Shown piece by piece: positions 24,922 through 37,955 of a stretch of DNA of 64,000 nt. Source of the stretch: Podarcis bocagei (lineage: Eukaryota); NCBI GenBank assembly GCA_964188305.1, contig OZ076890.1. The stretch is one strand, 5' to 3'. The notes beneath the pieces are model-generated. The model was not told where the DNA came from. It saw nothing but the letters and a program-made list of their open reading frames with translations, and made no database searches. Within the stretch, counting starts at the first letter, position 1, and each line of letters starts with the position of its first letter. The position numbers and the translations under genes are program-made.

Positions 24922-24975
24922 TTAATAGACTGGTGATCTCTGCTGAGTCGTTTTTCCTTTCAAGACCCGTCTTAT
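24922..24975 (-). CDS. NFKBIZ: NFKBIZ coding exon 12 (stop)
   Basis: IRRVLKGKTTQQRSPVY*. Confidence 0.93.
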   Translation of the reverse strand: MRRVLKGKTTQQRSPVY

Positions 24976-27900
24976 CTGGAGAACAAAAGAGAAACAATGG
25001 GTTATCAACGTTCACCAATTCTGACGTTATGAAAAAATACATTACAGTTCCAAATACATCTACTAACACCTAACTCTCATTGAATGTGAGGAGACTTAAC
25101 TTCCAAGGAAACCTGCCTAGTACAGTGGTACCTCTGGATGCGAACGGGATCCGTTCCAGAGCCCCGTTCACATCCTGAAGCGAACGTAAGACACGACTGC
25201 GTGTCTGCGCGGGTTGCGTTTTGCCACTTTCATGCATGTGCGTGATGTCATTTTGAGCGTCTGCGCATGCACGAGCAACGAAACCCGGAAGTAACACACT
25301 CTGTTACTTCCGGGTTGCCGCAGAGCGCAACCCGAAAATATTTAAGCTGAAGTGTATTCACCCCAAGGTATGACTGTACTAGGCTGACAGTTACACATCA
25401 ACTGAAATGAACAAAGCTATCTATCCAACTAGGTTTCCAGATAAATTCTGATAGTATAAAAGCCAGATTTCATCACCACAGCTGTACAGTCAGTCAAGTC
25501 AACAGGATTGCGATAGTTTAGCTGTTTACTGACCTGCCCATGACGCAGTTTCTAAAAAACGTACAGGGCATCAAGGATTATTCAGGTAAAGGATTATTAA
25601 GGTAAATAATCAACCCAAGCTCAAAAGACTGATGTTTACATCCGTAGCTTTACAGACTGGAATAGCTCAGTCAGTAGAGCATGAGACTCTTAATCTAAAG
25701 GTCACGGGTTTGAGCCCCACACTGGACAAAAGATTCCTGTACTACAGGGGGTTGGACTAGATGACCCTCATACTCCCTTCCGACTATATGATTCTATGTG
25801 CATAATTATGCTGATGCCACACATATTTTTATTTTTAGTTGCTCGACATCTTTTTTGCAGTCTGCTAAAATGACCCATGCTCTGTAACGTGAAAGAAAAA
25901 AATGTTCACTTTCAAAAGTTGCATATTTGGCATTTAGGGAAATAAGCAACAGAACTCAATAATTGGAAAGAACCGAACATTACACTCTCAAAGCAAGAGT
26001 CTCTTCTTAAAAATAAAGTATGAACTTACTATCTAGGAATAAGGGAGGAATTCAGCTCAGTTTGGATTTTAATGTGAACCCACCTAATTTGCAGTGTGCA
26101 AATTGAAACACAGTTATCCTTTGAAATTCATAAAATTCATGCATTGGTGAAATATATATATATACATATTACCAGGAAAAATGGAAAAATTCATTGCACA
26201 AATGTTCATATTAGGAGAAATTTGCACTAAAATGGTGATGAGTTTTGATGCAGATTTTTATTTTCGTAAGGCAAACAGATATGGAAATGTGAAGACTGAA
26301 CTTAAGACTGGGGGGGGGGGGGAGAGAAACTGAAAGATGCCCAAACTGACAGAGGTGTCCATCCTGATTACCACCCACTACACTTCAAAAGAGCTCCAGC
26401 TAGTTGGATCTCTTACCTCAACTCCTACAGGGCCATCAGGTACTAGGTGAACCGGCTGCTCATTTTCCAAGTTCCTGGCACTGGGATCAGCTCCCTTCCG
26501 CATCAACAAGCGAACTGCATCCAGCTGACTCACCCGATGCTGCAAGCTGGCAGCTACATGGAGTGCGGTATTACCATTATACGCCTGGATGAGGTATGAA
26601 AGAAACACCATTATTCTTTTAAAAAATGTATATGCAGGATGCTTTGTTCCTTCAAGCAGCTACATGCTGAATTAGACATAGTGCTTTATGCTAATCTCTA
26701 CTGCTGGCTCAACAGTAACGTACCTTGGCATTGATAAAGGAAAGGCAAGTAGGCAGCTCTAAAAACAAACGAAGGAGTTCCACATTTGCTTCTTCCGCTG
26801 CTAAGTGAAGGGCAGAACGGCCACTTTTACGATCCTGTCCAAGGGAATGGGGAGAAGCCCAGTTAATTTTGCACAATAAGCACTGAACCACTTACAAAAT
26901 GCTAAAAATAATAACAAATTGCATGAAAACATAAACTGCCCTACATAGTTTCTTTTATTTGTCCCTACAACTTCGGAGGTTGCCACTAATATTTCCATTT
27001 TACAGACAGGAGATGAATCTAGGGGATAACAGGGGCAGCTAACGATTCAAGGCTGGAGTGGGCTTTGAAGTTTGGAACCTTTATCTCCTCTTGTCCGAGT
27101 CTAACAGTGGTATCTATTGGGACACAATGACTCTAGAATAATTAAGACCAAGTAATTCCAAGCTTCGACTCCCAAGAGAACCTAGCTTTCAGTCTACTGC
27201 TGGACTGATCAGTGTTTCCACAACCCAGCAAGAGTCACCCATGATGAAATCCCAATTAAATTAATGAGACGCAAAACAATTCAAGCATGTTTACTCAGAA
27301 ATAAGCCCCAGTGATTTCAATGTGGTTTACTTCCAAGTATGCTTAGAATTCAGTTCAATGTTAGTTCCATTAAATTTAGTGGAATGTATACCCCTTATCC
27401 TACAGACATGTCTACTGGCAAGGGCTGATAATAGTCCAAAACATCTGAAGGCTGAGGAAGACTGTCTGAAGCTGGTGCAGATCAACTGTTAAATGTGACA
27501 CTGAAACAGACGCTAAAAAAAGAGTATGTGACTCAACTCACAGACACAAATCTGGGCTTGTTATCATGATTTTCTTGCCGTACTTACTCTGGCTTCAACA
27601 GAGGCCCGCATCTCAATGAGAAATTTGATGGTGTCTGCCAATCTCTTGCCTTTCAACCTTAATTCCTGGACCTCAGGAGTGTGAGGGGACTGCTGGCTCT
27701 CTATGTCATGTACCACCGCATTATGGGCCACCACTGCACAGTGCAATGCTGTCAAACCTAATAATGAAACACAACAAGTGAGCAATTTTTAAAAACAACA
27801 ACAACACTGTTTTGAATGACTGCCTTCTCCAATGACTGACTCAGAAACTTTAGTCAACCCAAATACCAGTAAGCCAGGTTTCAACTGCTGGCTGTTTGTT

Positions 27901-30900
27901 TGCAATGCAAACCCTTAAAGGATTTTTAACCTGTTTCCTACATCACTTTAGAGAAAGAACTAAGGTAAAGTTGCTTGGCAACTGGAAGATGTAAAATTAA
28001 GTATACATATTTTTGAAAAGCCTTTCCATGTGTAGATACCCTTAACAAAAATATAGTTCAGGTTTAGCAGATACCGCTGTCCCAAATAAGAAAAGAATAA
28101 AAGATATCCACAGGTTTCAATGGGTTGTTATGATTTTTTATTCCTCTCCTGGCAGTGGCACACCAAATTTTTGACTTAAGTTACATGGGGCAGTCATCCT
28201 GCTACCATCATGTCCAGCTGCCTTGCATTCTCAACGCAGTGGAGCACGCTCTGATTTGTATATCGATGAACTGGAGAGCATCAAGTGTAGGATGAAATAT
28301 GAATGAGTATTTCACCAGCTTAAAAGTATTTAGTAGAGGCCCTGATTGCCTTCTCCTGCTCCAAATGTTGCTTTGCATTTTTCTATTTTGAAGTGGATGT
28401 CAATAATAAAATATTCCTGTAACATATTCCATATGAAATCCAAGGGCCGAAGCAGCAGCAACAACAACAAATTCAGCATGTTTTTATTAGGTTCTTTGCC
28501 TAACACAACACAGAAAAGGGACTCTTGGCTACTCACCATCATAATTTGTTGCCTCCCAGTCTACGTATTGGTTGCTCACAATGGCTCCTTTCTCAATTGC
28601 CTGTAGGTGCGAAATGAGAGCATACGTTAATCCTGTACAACTACACACAATGGTAACTGAAACCTCCACATATTATTCTAAATTATTTAGATTATTTTAA
28701 CCAATATTATTCACTCACTAAATCTACTGAGATGGCATTCCACAGTCATGCAGAATATTAGAACTAAGGCTCACAGATTTTTAAAAAATATTCAGTCTTT
28801 TTGTAAACGGTATTAGTTATAGTGAAGCCTAAATCTTTCTTAGCATTCTGCAGAAACAGCTACCTCCAATTAAATTTCTTGAATGCTCTTTCTTTGCTCA
28901 ATTTCCTTACTTTTGGGGTGTGGACAGAACTGTGCTACAAGATCCACATAGTATTACCACACACAGTCACTTCTAGGGGTAAAAACTACCCTTCTGCGTT
29001 CAGCTACACTCCTCCTATTGTGGGGAGAACAGGATGTGGTGAGAACTTAGCTGCCGTGTGAGTTGGGGAGTGGCATGTTCCACAGGTATAACATGTAATG
29101 GAATACTAGCTCCTTAGCAGTCATTTACAAGATTCCAAAGCATTAGTATTAGTATAACCCCCAAGTACTAGAGGCACCAAAGGAAAGGCATATTTTTTTT
29201 GGATCTTTACTGTACATGCTACATGTCAGGAGAAAGGGAGATAGTTGGAAGATTCAGCTCTGGCCGCTTACCTGAAGGACTTGTGCATGCCCCTTTTCAG
29301 CGCACACATGCAAAGGCGTCCTACCCCAGCAATCTGTTGTATTCACTTGCGCCCCAAGGCTAACCAAGTCCTGTACAATGAGGTGCTGGTTTGCAGCCAC
29401 AGCCACCTGCAGGGCACTCTATAAGAATGAAAAACAAGATGTTCACCAAAATCCTACCAGAAAATAGCAATCACCGAAGTAGAATGAAATATTCCCAATA
29501 AGCTACAACCATTTCAGAGTGCAGCTTGCCCAATGTACTTCTAAGGCCACCGTTATAAATTAGCCGCCATTAACCTTTGACGTTAATATTAACAGGCGTT
29601 CAAAGGTGTTTTGCATTAAGTCTTGGAGTCGTGCAGTGGAAGCCAGTTACGCTGAGAGCCTCACCTGGCCATTGTGTTCTTTAATATCCAGCATGTGTAG
29701 GGCTACCATCTTTCTTGCCAACACATAGGAAACTGCTCGGCGCCCCTGGGCAACTGCAATGTGGAGAAACCTGTGGGGAATAAATACTGTGTTTGTTTCC
29801 TTTTTAATATTGAAAAAGCACATGTGTTTAAGGTGTTATGAAAACCCCTTCCCTTAAAAATATCCTAAACCCCAAACAACTTATGGAACTTGCAGACTGC
29901 AAGGGATACCATAAATCATTACACTGTTGAATGCACACCTCAATTTAATCCCATTTTGAAGGGCAGCCATAGACGTCTGTGTGACATATTATTTCTAATG
30001 CACAATACAATAATTGACAATTAACGAGAGAGGTGTCTTATTGCAAGCATATTATCTCCATTTTAGTACTGGTTAACAACATGAACAAAACTCACGTGTC
30101 ACCATCAGCATCTTTGGCAAGAATTTGATCTTGAGAGATGTTGGCCAGTTTGCTTTCTTCCTGTTCCACTTGCCACTGGAAGAAAGATTTGCCCAGCTGC
30201 GCTGTGTTCCTGGCGATACCCTGATGTTGCACAGACATATTTGAAGTAGCCAATGGTACGCCATGTTCTTCAAGAGCACCACAGAAATTACTGGGTAGCT
30301 GACTGAAATTCTGAGGGTGGCTGCTGACATCAGCTTGCTGAGGAAGTGGTTGAGGGAGGGGGGCAGAGATGTCCGACCCTTCTGAATCACTTAAGAGAGA
30401 AGCAAAGCTTTGAGTAGGGCAGTACTGCAGTTCTTGGCTTTCAAAAACATGCTGATAGTCAGAGGACTGGCTGCTAGTGGAGTGCGGCCTGCAATCCATA
30501 AGGGGATTGTAATGCTGAGACAAGTTCTGGGTCTGTGTGGAAGAAAACTGATAATTCTGGGGTAGCTCCATCATCTGTGAGGGGCTGCTTGCTTGAAATG
30601 CTTGGTACCTTTGAGGAGGTGACAAAGCTTGTGCTCCAACCATCTCTTGATACTGTTCCCCTGGAGAGTTAGGATTAGTCATGGTGTGAAGCCAGCTCAC
30701 TTGCACTGTGTTCAAAGAAACTGGGCAGGATTCATTCTTAATATTCATAATGTTCTGCAGCATATCACAACTGCTGTCTTGTTTGGGATCATTCATATGG
30801 GTGTCCTCCATGTTGCTATCCATTGATGTTGGTGTCTGTGGAGGTGTCTGTAAAATAAGAGCATGCAAATTTTGAATGATCCTGCGCAGGTGAGAAATGT

Positions 30901-33900
30901 GTTTCAATGTGAGCAATGACTAGAAAAATACATACCAGGAGGTGAGGTTGGAAAGGGGCTGTTCTTTTATAACAGGATACATCTGAAAATGAGTCCTGAG
31001 CTTTTCTTTTTCGACCATTAGTTAATATGTTCTTCAACTCTAATGAAAAAAAGAAGAAAAAATGCTAAGTTTCAGTTTGTACCCTGCTTTTCAAGTATGC
31101 TTTTCTAAATACTAACACATCTAAAGTACTTAAAGGATATAAGTAAAACGCTGTACCTGTGTATGGGTCATAATTTGGTAATCCTCCTTGTACCTGTTTT
31201 TTAAAATTAAAAAATGGAATTATTTATAATATAGTGAAAACATTCTCTCCAAGTCTTAAGGCGGCTCTAATGACAAGAGGAACCATGCTAACTTTTTCTA
31301 ATGTTATATTAATTAAGTTCTAAAATCACATTAAAATGTTCTGAAAAATCAGTACACTCTAGATATTTTCAGGAATGTTTTGAGAAGAAGCCCATCAGAT
31401 GCAGACTGCAATCCTTTACAAGTTTACCTGGAAGTAAGACCCATGGAACTCAATGAGCTGAGTAGATATGCATAGGACTGCACTGTCCTAAAACTCCATT
31501 ATTAGTTACAGCTTTTACAATGTATTCTGATTCATCCAAACAAAGCCAAGCAAACTCACTAGGAGTTTCAGCCTGCTATGTTATCTACTACTCCAGTATG
31601 GTACAGGATAATTTTAACAAAACAAAATGTGGTGGGAAAATAGCTTTTACAGTTAATCTTCCAAGCATTTCAACATATTACTCATAAATGTGAAGAGTAG
31701 CTGACTGAAAAATTTGCATGTGTGCAGGTAATTTCTGAAAATATTGTTATTCAAACTGATCTCTGATTCTTACTTTGTTTGGAAAGCATTACCTCTGTGA
31801 ACGAGGCAGTAATATCACAAAAGTATATGCATTTTCAGAATCTTAAATATTTCCAGATGATGTTGTTTTGTCATTATAGCTTAATCATACAGTTATATAT
31901 TTGCAAGACAATTCAAGGAATGTATGAATAAGTTTGTAGAACTTGCTAATTTAAAAATCTGTAGCACCTGCAGACACATGCTTAAACTGGTACACAGAAC
32001 TGCTGTATCAAGAGGACCCTAAATAATGAAATTTTTATATAGCTGTTTTCTAAAGCTTTTTTCCTATATATCAATAATGAATTTACTGTGCAACTGCTGG
32101 CCCTTATGTAGCTAAAACAGCACAAGCCATAACAATAACAACAACAACAACAAGCAGCATTTATATGCTGACTTTCTGCCAAGGCTGATTTACAATTTTA
32201 AAGGACTAAAACAAATGATATAAAATTTAAAGTTTAACTATGTAGAAGGGGGAGGGGTAAAGTTCTCAGGGAAAACAAAACACAGAATCGCTGATTATAA
32301 AAATAAGAATTGCCATTTTAGATCAGACCAAAGCTCTACCAAGCAGAACGTTTGCTCACCAACAGACTATACATCTGCAGAAAGTGTTACGTTTTATGAT
32401 TCCAGCATCTGCCATACTTCTTTGAATTTATGAACATTCCATTTTTAGCTATCAAATCTTATATTCACCGACAAATTGAGGCGCAACAAATTTCTTTTTT
32501 TCAAAGGTAGGCAAGCTAGCTGCCATTAATTGCCCTATCTAACAGGAATGAATTCCATATGCTAATTATGCCCTGTATACAGTTGTACGCTACTGACATT
32601 TTAAAAGATGAGAGAATGTGCCATTTATGATAATGAATAAAATTATTTTAAAAGAAAAGTAATGTTCCGCACCTTTAATTCATCTGCACCATGGTCTGAG
32701 GACATCTGCTTGCTGTTTCTGAGGTGCAGCAACAGCTCTTTCACCGAGTTTTTCACACGAACACCTTGAAAAGGTCCTCTTTGTTGCTTTCCTCCCCCCA
32801 TACGTTGCTCAACTGTTGAGACACAAACAATGAGAAATAAAATAAAAACACTGATAACAATTAAACCGAATATTGAGTTGGATTTGGATAGAGAGAGTGG
32901 ATTTGTACATAATTTTAGCCAAGAAGCATAGCTAATCCTAAATTAATTACACAAAACCTTAAAAGTATGTACAAAAGATATTTTGTCAACTTTGTTGTCA
33001 CAAACACAAAAGAAACTTCTCTCCCCCCCCCCAATTTGAAAGGAAGGTTAGAAGCGGGGAGACACCAGTCCCATATAAAGGATATGTTAGCATTAACATG
33101 GCTTTACGTGAATGAATTTTCAGAATTACTTGTGCCTGTCACCTCCATAATGAATCCACTTGTCCAAGAAAATGTGCAACCAAAGAGATGAACTGCAAAT
33201 ATTACAGTCATTCTCTTATGTCATCATTCCTTTTAACATAGTCTACTCTGAAGGTGAAAAAACAGAAGTGAAAAGCGGAAACAACAATGTACTGTAATAC
33301 TATCCAAGAGAGAAGTTGTGACTTCATTTTAAAAAGTACAAACCCTTCCAACTTTATATATAGAAGCACTGCGGTTTACACTACATTTAAATAATCTTAA
33401 AAACCATTGCTGGAGAACTGGAATTTCTGTCTAGGGAAAAAAAACACCACCCCAATTTATGGGCAAATGATTTCCTCTTTACAGGTATGCCTAGTCAAAG
33501 CAATTAATTGTCCTTCATTAAATTGCCTTATATTGTATCCTTCAAGACAGAACTGGTGTCTACTTGAGAAAATATTGTGAAAGCAACCAAAAACAAAACA
33601 AAATATTTCAATTAATAAACTACTTCAGATTATTACTTGTAGAAAATACAAACCAATGTAAAATAAAAAAATATAGTACAACAATAGTTTTCTTATGGAA
33701 AAAGATCAAACTGGCCAGAGAAATAAAATCATCACACTATTTTAATATTATGAAGATACACACAACCGATATTGTTATGCTACCTTTTAAGATAATTCCT
33801 GAATGAAAGAAAATTTGTGGAAGCAACTTCAGCACTAAAAACACCATGAAATTATATAAAAAGACAACTGAGGTTCTTAACTGTGTACCATTTCAACTGC

Positions 33901-36352
33901 AACAGGTGCATAAGAAACAAAAGCCATTTCAGCTATAAGAAGCACTATTTGGAAATAAAAAATATTACATTGTTAAATAAATTGTGCCTCTCTGCCTATT
34001 TATATTTGGTATAGATAGCTTTGTCCTTGTTCACTCCACAAAACATGTTGTGTTTATTTGCAAAGCACACTAATGTGCTTAACAAATTATTTGATTTCTC
34101 CCTCAGTAATACGGCAAATATTATTAAGATTTAAACAACTATAACAAAAAGTCAATACAAGCCAGAATTTTGCAAATTTGCACTTCCTGAACACAAACAC
34201 ACACGAGAAATAATTGACAGAAGATTCTAACTCACTGGAAAGGGTCAGTAGGATAAACTCCCCTCAGACCCACATTAATTGGCATGACTGTAGTATCCTG
34301 CTTAGACGCTGCTTAATTTAACCTAAAAGCTTAAGGACATTTCATACCTGAAAATGCTGGTGAATTCCAAACTAACTGATATAAGACACCTTAACTACAA
34401 TTTTTCAGTTTCTTCACGAAATGGATACAAACTGCTGGCACTTCAGCAGCCTGCCGTGTTGTGCACTTGGGGAAAGAGGGAAAGAGTGCTTCTTGAGGCG
34501 GCTTTTACAGCTGCATCGTTCAGATATTGCAAACAAGTTGACGGCAACAAGTTTCTTTCATTTATTGGGATATTCCATGCAAAGGGTGAATCTAGACCAA
34601 TGGGGGGGGGGAGTTGCATTTTGATGCCCATTCACTCAAGAATGAGGGGGACTGATCTCACAATAAGCACCGAGAGCAACTTCCACAACCTTCATAAAAC
34701 CCTTTCACCAACAGAGCAGCACTGGGGGATGTGCAGGTGCAAAGTGTATTGCAACTTGAGATAGGAAACTCAAGGTGACTTTAGACATATGTTTACCATA
34801 CTGTACTAAAAATCCACAGACCTTTTTCATTATGGAGCCGAGAACACATTCAATGCACTTGGTGGAGCCTAGGCTGGTTTACAGTAACGTTCACTTCCCA
34901 CGTTATACTTGGGCATACTGAAATACTTGTGTGTATTTCACCTTTTCAGCCACTGATGTGTGTGTGTCTGTGTGCACACTCGCGTGCAAAGCGCTCCCCT
35001 TGCCTACCAATAACAAACAACTCTGCACTAACTTGCAAATCGGAATGAGGCACTTTGAGCTGTGCGGCTGCATATGTTCATAGCTGTCAAGCTTCCCTTT
35101 TTTTTTATTGGAAATTCCCTTATTCCAGTGCCGTTTCTCGCTGCTATCCCGGATAGTTAGATATCCCGTAGACTGTCCCCGGGACAGGTGAGGCTGCTGA
35201 TCCCTTATTTTCAAATCTGAAAGTTGACAGCTATGGCATATGTTCGGAAGGGCGAATTAGTGCCTAACCAAAGAAGCCATCCTTTTCAACAACGCTGAGA
35301 GTAAAGCTACACGGTGGCAGGGAAAAGAACTCAGAAGAAAGCCCCCTGAAGGAGACTATGATCCTGGGTTTCCAGACAGGCGTGCACTGCAGGATACGAG
35401 CTCATACAATCATAGAACTGTATAGTTGGAATGACCCTGGAACCCGAGGGTCATCGAGTCCAACCCCCTGCAATGCTGGAAACTCAACTGTTCCAAGTTT
35501 TCCAAAGCGGCCACGCAACGCAATTGGCATCAACATCTATACAGTTTTGAGGGTGGAATTGTATTTTTTGTAACAGTCTTTGTTTTATTGGGACCTGGTG
35601 CGATATGCATGCATATGCATATGCATACGCATACACACAAACTCTCTCTCGTCCGTCATTTAATCCGGATTCACCCTTTCCAAGAAATATTTGTCAAGCT
35701 TTAAAAGAGCATGCTGTTGCCAGAGTCCCGTGGGTGGTACCTGAGCGACCCTTCTGGGATTTTAAGTGCCGCCGGGACCCCCCCCCCCCGGTCGTCTTTC
35801 ACTGACAGCAGCAGCCCCCTTATCCTCTCCTTGCCCAAAACCTATCCAAACAGCCGAAGTGCCGCGGAGCGTGAGCGCGCTCTCACCGCCCAGAGCGGCT
35901 TGCCAAGGCGCAAAGGAGACTTTATATACCACATTAAAAAAAGAAAGGAAAAGCGGCGGAACACTAAACGCGACGGGCCGGCGACACCACCCTCTGAACG
36001 GACCCCTCGCCTCAGACCGCTTCGTAGAAGAAGCGGCGTAGAAATCCCTCCGCCCCGAGGTTTTGTTTTTGAGGCTGCGCGCGCGACGGATGCATGAAAT
36101 CTGTATACCTTCCCCGGCTGAGCGGGCGCCGCGCCGGGAATAGCGCCTCGCGCCGAAGTCACCGCCGCCGCCTCCGCTACTATGGCCCGAGTCGGACCCC
36201 GGGGACCCCGGCGAGGAGTGCGTGGGCGAGCAGCTCCCCTCGCTGGAGTGGGGAGAAGCTCCGTAAAAAAAGGCCAGGTTAAAAGGGCTGCTGATGGAAC
36301 CGTCGACGCCGCCGCCGTCCGGCAGCTCGTCGCGGCTGCTGTCCACAATCAT
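24922..36352 (-). CDS. NFKBIZ: NF-kappa-B inhibitor zeta (IkappaB-zeta), 12 coding exons, 698 aa
   Basis: join of 36352-36109, 32812-32673, 31193-31157, 31039-30936, 30847-30096, 29770-29665, 29418-29272, 28600-28537, 27757-27588, 26834-26724, 26584-26417, 24975-24922. All introns are GT-AG with compatible phases. Signature peptides include MIVD, RGPFQGVRVKNSVKELL, TPPQTP, FQWQVEQEESKLANIS and ankyrin repeats. Confidence 0.96.
25123..25376. mobile_element. Tigger/pogo-like MITE in the last NFKBIZ intron
   Basis: TA-cagtggtacct..aggtatgactg-TA; CpG-rich interior. Confidence 0.8.
25655..25798 (+). mobile_element. tRNA-Lys(CTT)-derived SINE with CR1-type tail
   Basis: tagctcagtcagtagagcatgagactcttaatct..gggtttgagccccac head, then gggttggactagatgacc..tatgattctatg CR1 3' end. 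Confidence 0.8.
26417..26584 (-). CDS. NFKBIZ: NFKBIZ coding exon 11 (ankyrin)
   Basis: AYNGNTALHVAASLQHR..RNLENEQPVHLVPDGPVGVE. Confidence 0.96.
26724..26834 (-). CDS. NFKBIZ: NFKBIZ coding exon 10 (ankyrin)
   Basis: DRKSGRSALHLAAEEANVELLRLFLELPTCLSFINAK. Confidence 0.96.
27588..27757 (-). CDS. NFKBIZ: NFKBIZ coding exon 9 (ankyrin)
   Basis: GLTALHCAVVAHNAVVH..EMRASVEAR; donor gtaagt. Confidence 0.95.
28537..28600 (-). CDS. NFKBIZ: NFKBIZ coding exon 8
   Basis: AIEKGAIVSNQYVDWEATNYD. Confidence 0.94.
29272..29418 (-). CDS. NFKBIZ: NFKBIZ coding exon 7 (ankyrin)
   Basis: SALQVAVAANQHLIVQDLVSLGAQVNTTDCWGRTPLHVCAEKGHAQVLQ. Confidence 0.96.
29665..29770 (-). CDS. NFKBIZ: NFKBIZ coding exon 6 (ankyrin)
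   Basis: FLHIAVAQGRRAVSYVLARKMVALHMLDIKEHNGQ. Confidence 0.96.
30096..30847 (-). CDS. NFKBIZ: NFKBIZ coding exon 5 (Q/S/P-rich activation region)
   Basis: TPPQTP..PVSLNTVQVSW..KDADGDT; donor gtgag. Confidence 0.96.
30936..31039 (-). CDS. NFKBIZ: NFKBIZ coding exon 4 (basic NLS-like GRKRK)
   Basis: ELKNILTNGRKRKAQDSFSDVSCYKRTAPFQPHLL; donor gtatgt. Confidence 0.93.
31157..31193 (-). CDS. NFKBIZ: NFKBIZ coding exon 3 (37-nt microexon)
   Basis: VQGGLPNYDPYT; needed to bridge phase 0 to phase 1; AG/GT boundaries. Confidence 0.8.
32673..32812 (-). CDS. NFKBIZ: NFKBIZ coding exon 2
   Basis: VEQRMGGGKQQRGPFQGVRVKNSVKELLLHLRNSKQMSSDHGADELK; cag|..|gtgcgg. Confidence 0.95.
35079..35235. mobile_element. 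MITE with 12-bp TIRs and a 9-bp TSD in NFKBIZ intron 1
   Basis: TIR catagctgtcaa / ttgacagctatg; TSD gcatatgtt (35070-35078, 35236-35244). Confidence 0.85.
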
Positions 36353-36930
36353 GACGGCTGGTGTCGCGCGGATGGCGAGGAAGAGGCAGGCGGCTGCTTG
36401 GGCTCAGCCGGTGCGCTGACGGGGACGGGAAAGGGCTCGGCAGGCGGAGGCGGTTGCGACGGCTCTTATAGCGCCTCCACGCCCCGGCGTCGAGGCGGGG
36501 GGAGGAGGCGGGGCGGGGCGCGGCTGCGTCTCTGCAAGCGGCACTTCCAGTAAGTAGGTCGCCGGCCTCTGTCAACAGCCCTCCCGGCTCTCTCGTGACT
36601 CGCCGCCTGACTGCATGGCAGGAGGGGTGGGCTCAGGAGTTGCCTCCAAGCAACCCGAAGGAGCCTCGCCCGCCGTGGCGCGCCATTGGGCACCTGGCGG
36701 CGGCTGCTGCAGCGGGAGCATGGAAAGGGAACGGTTTGGAGAATTGACCCGGCGCTCAGAGAGAGGCGGCTTGCCGCCGCTTCGTGTTCTTCGGCGCCGT
36801 GTCCCGCTGAGGAGAAGGGCCACGGGGGAAGACCTCGGCAGCTAGGGTGGTCTCTCTTCACATATGCCCTGTTCGTGACCAGGCGGCTAGGCGACGCAAC
36901 TCTGTCCGATGGAGTTGGCGGTGATACCCG
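35720..36930 (-). promoter_or_regulatory. NFKBIZ: CpG island and proximal promoter of NFKBIZ
   Basis: Very high CpG density. TATAAG on the minus strand at 36465-36470, GC boxes at about 36494-36523, and GAS-like TTCCAGTAA at 36545-36553. Confidence 0.85.
36109..36352 (-). CDS. NFKBIZ: NFKBIZ coding exon 1
   Basis: MIVDSSRDELP..SPFNLAFFYGASP..SPGSPGSDS; donor GAAG|gtatac, phase 1. Confidence 0.9.
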
Positions 36931-37020
36931 TGCCCCTGTTGCTCCAGTTAACATTTTCCTAAACCAAGAGATATGACCGAGATGTATGAAAATTAAGCGT
37001 GGCTGCTTCTCCCTGTATAT

Positions 37021-37155
37021 CAGTGGTGGCCAAACTTGGCCCTCCAGATGTTTTGGACTACAACTCCCATCATCCCTAGCTAACAGGACCATTGGTCAGG
37101 GATGATGGGAATTGTAGTCCCAAAACAGCTGGAGGGCTGAGTTTGGCCACCAGTG
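37021..37155. mobile_element. Short palindromic hAT-type MITE
   Basis: cagtggtggccaaact..agtttggccaccagtg with ctacaactcccatcatccct arms. Relatives at about 17650-17790, 17920-18050, 37513-37641 and 55680-55755. Confidence 0.8.
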
Positions 37156-37953
37156 CTCTAGATCAGTTCTAACATTTGGGAGTGTGCCTATGAAGCTGAA
37201 CAGTGGGAAATTATGGACAAAGAATGTACCTCTCGTAGTCGAACTATGGAATTTATTTCCGCAAGATAGATGGCAATGAGATTTTGCATTGGTATGGTCG
37301 GAGCTGGGAATTAATCTGTCTTCATAGAAGGCGTGACTACTTCCACTTGTCTGCAATTCCTACCTGCATTTATTGTTAATAATAATAATAAATTAGCACT
37401 ATTAACCCAAGCAATCCCATTCAGATGATGAAACTCCACCGCAGCTCTCACTGTCAACCCTTAGTTTGGTTATCTGTTATCACCCTGTTTCCAAATATAT
37501 TATGGCATAAACCAGGCTTCTCCAACTTGGTGGCCTCCCAATATTGTTGGCCTACAACTCCCATCAATCCCAACCATCAAGGCCATGGGTGATGGGAAGG
37601 TCATGGGTGATGGGAATTGAAGTCCAGGAACGTCTTGAGGGCCACAGGTTCCCCATCCCTGACATGCCATAATTAAAAGGGTACAGGATTGCCCCTTTAG
37701 CGAAGGTAACAAAAAAAGCCTCCACCATTACAAGCTTCCAAACGCTATACCTTATATATAAATATTCAATTTATTAAGCTAATAAACTGAAACATGATGT
37801 ACATGATCTACCTAATGAGGGTTATGAATGTTCCTAATTGATAAAATATAAATTGCCAAAGGGACACCAAATTTTAAAATGCTGAAAACTAATACATTAT
37901 CCCTTTAATATAGGCATGTATTTTCCTAATTTTTGTTAAAAACAAACAAACTG

Positions 37954-37955
<2 letters not shown>

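Noticed and set aside
25655-25730. tRNA-Lys(CTT) gene
   Set aside because: Mutated stems and B box, and directly fused to a CR1 tail, so it is a SINE head.
35762-36108. C-terminal part of the 196-aa ORF and other CpG-island ORFs
   Set aside because: Read-through into intron 1 past the donor at 36108; high GC content depletes stop codons.
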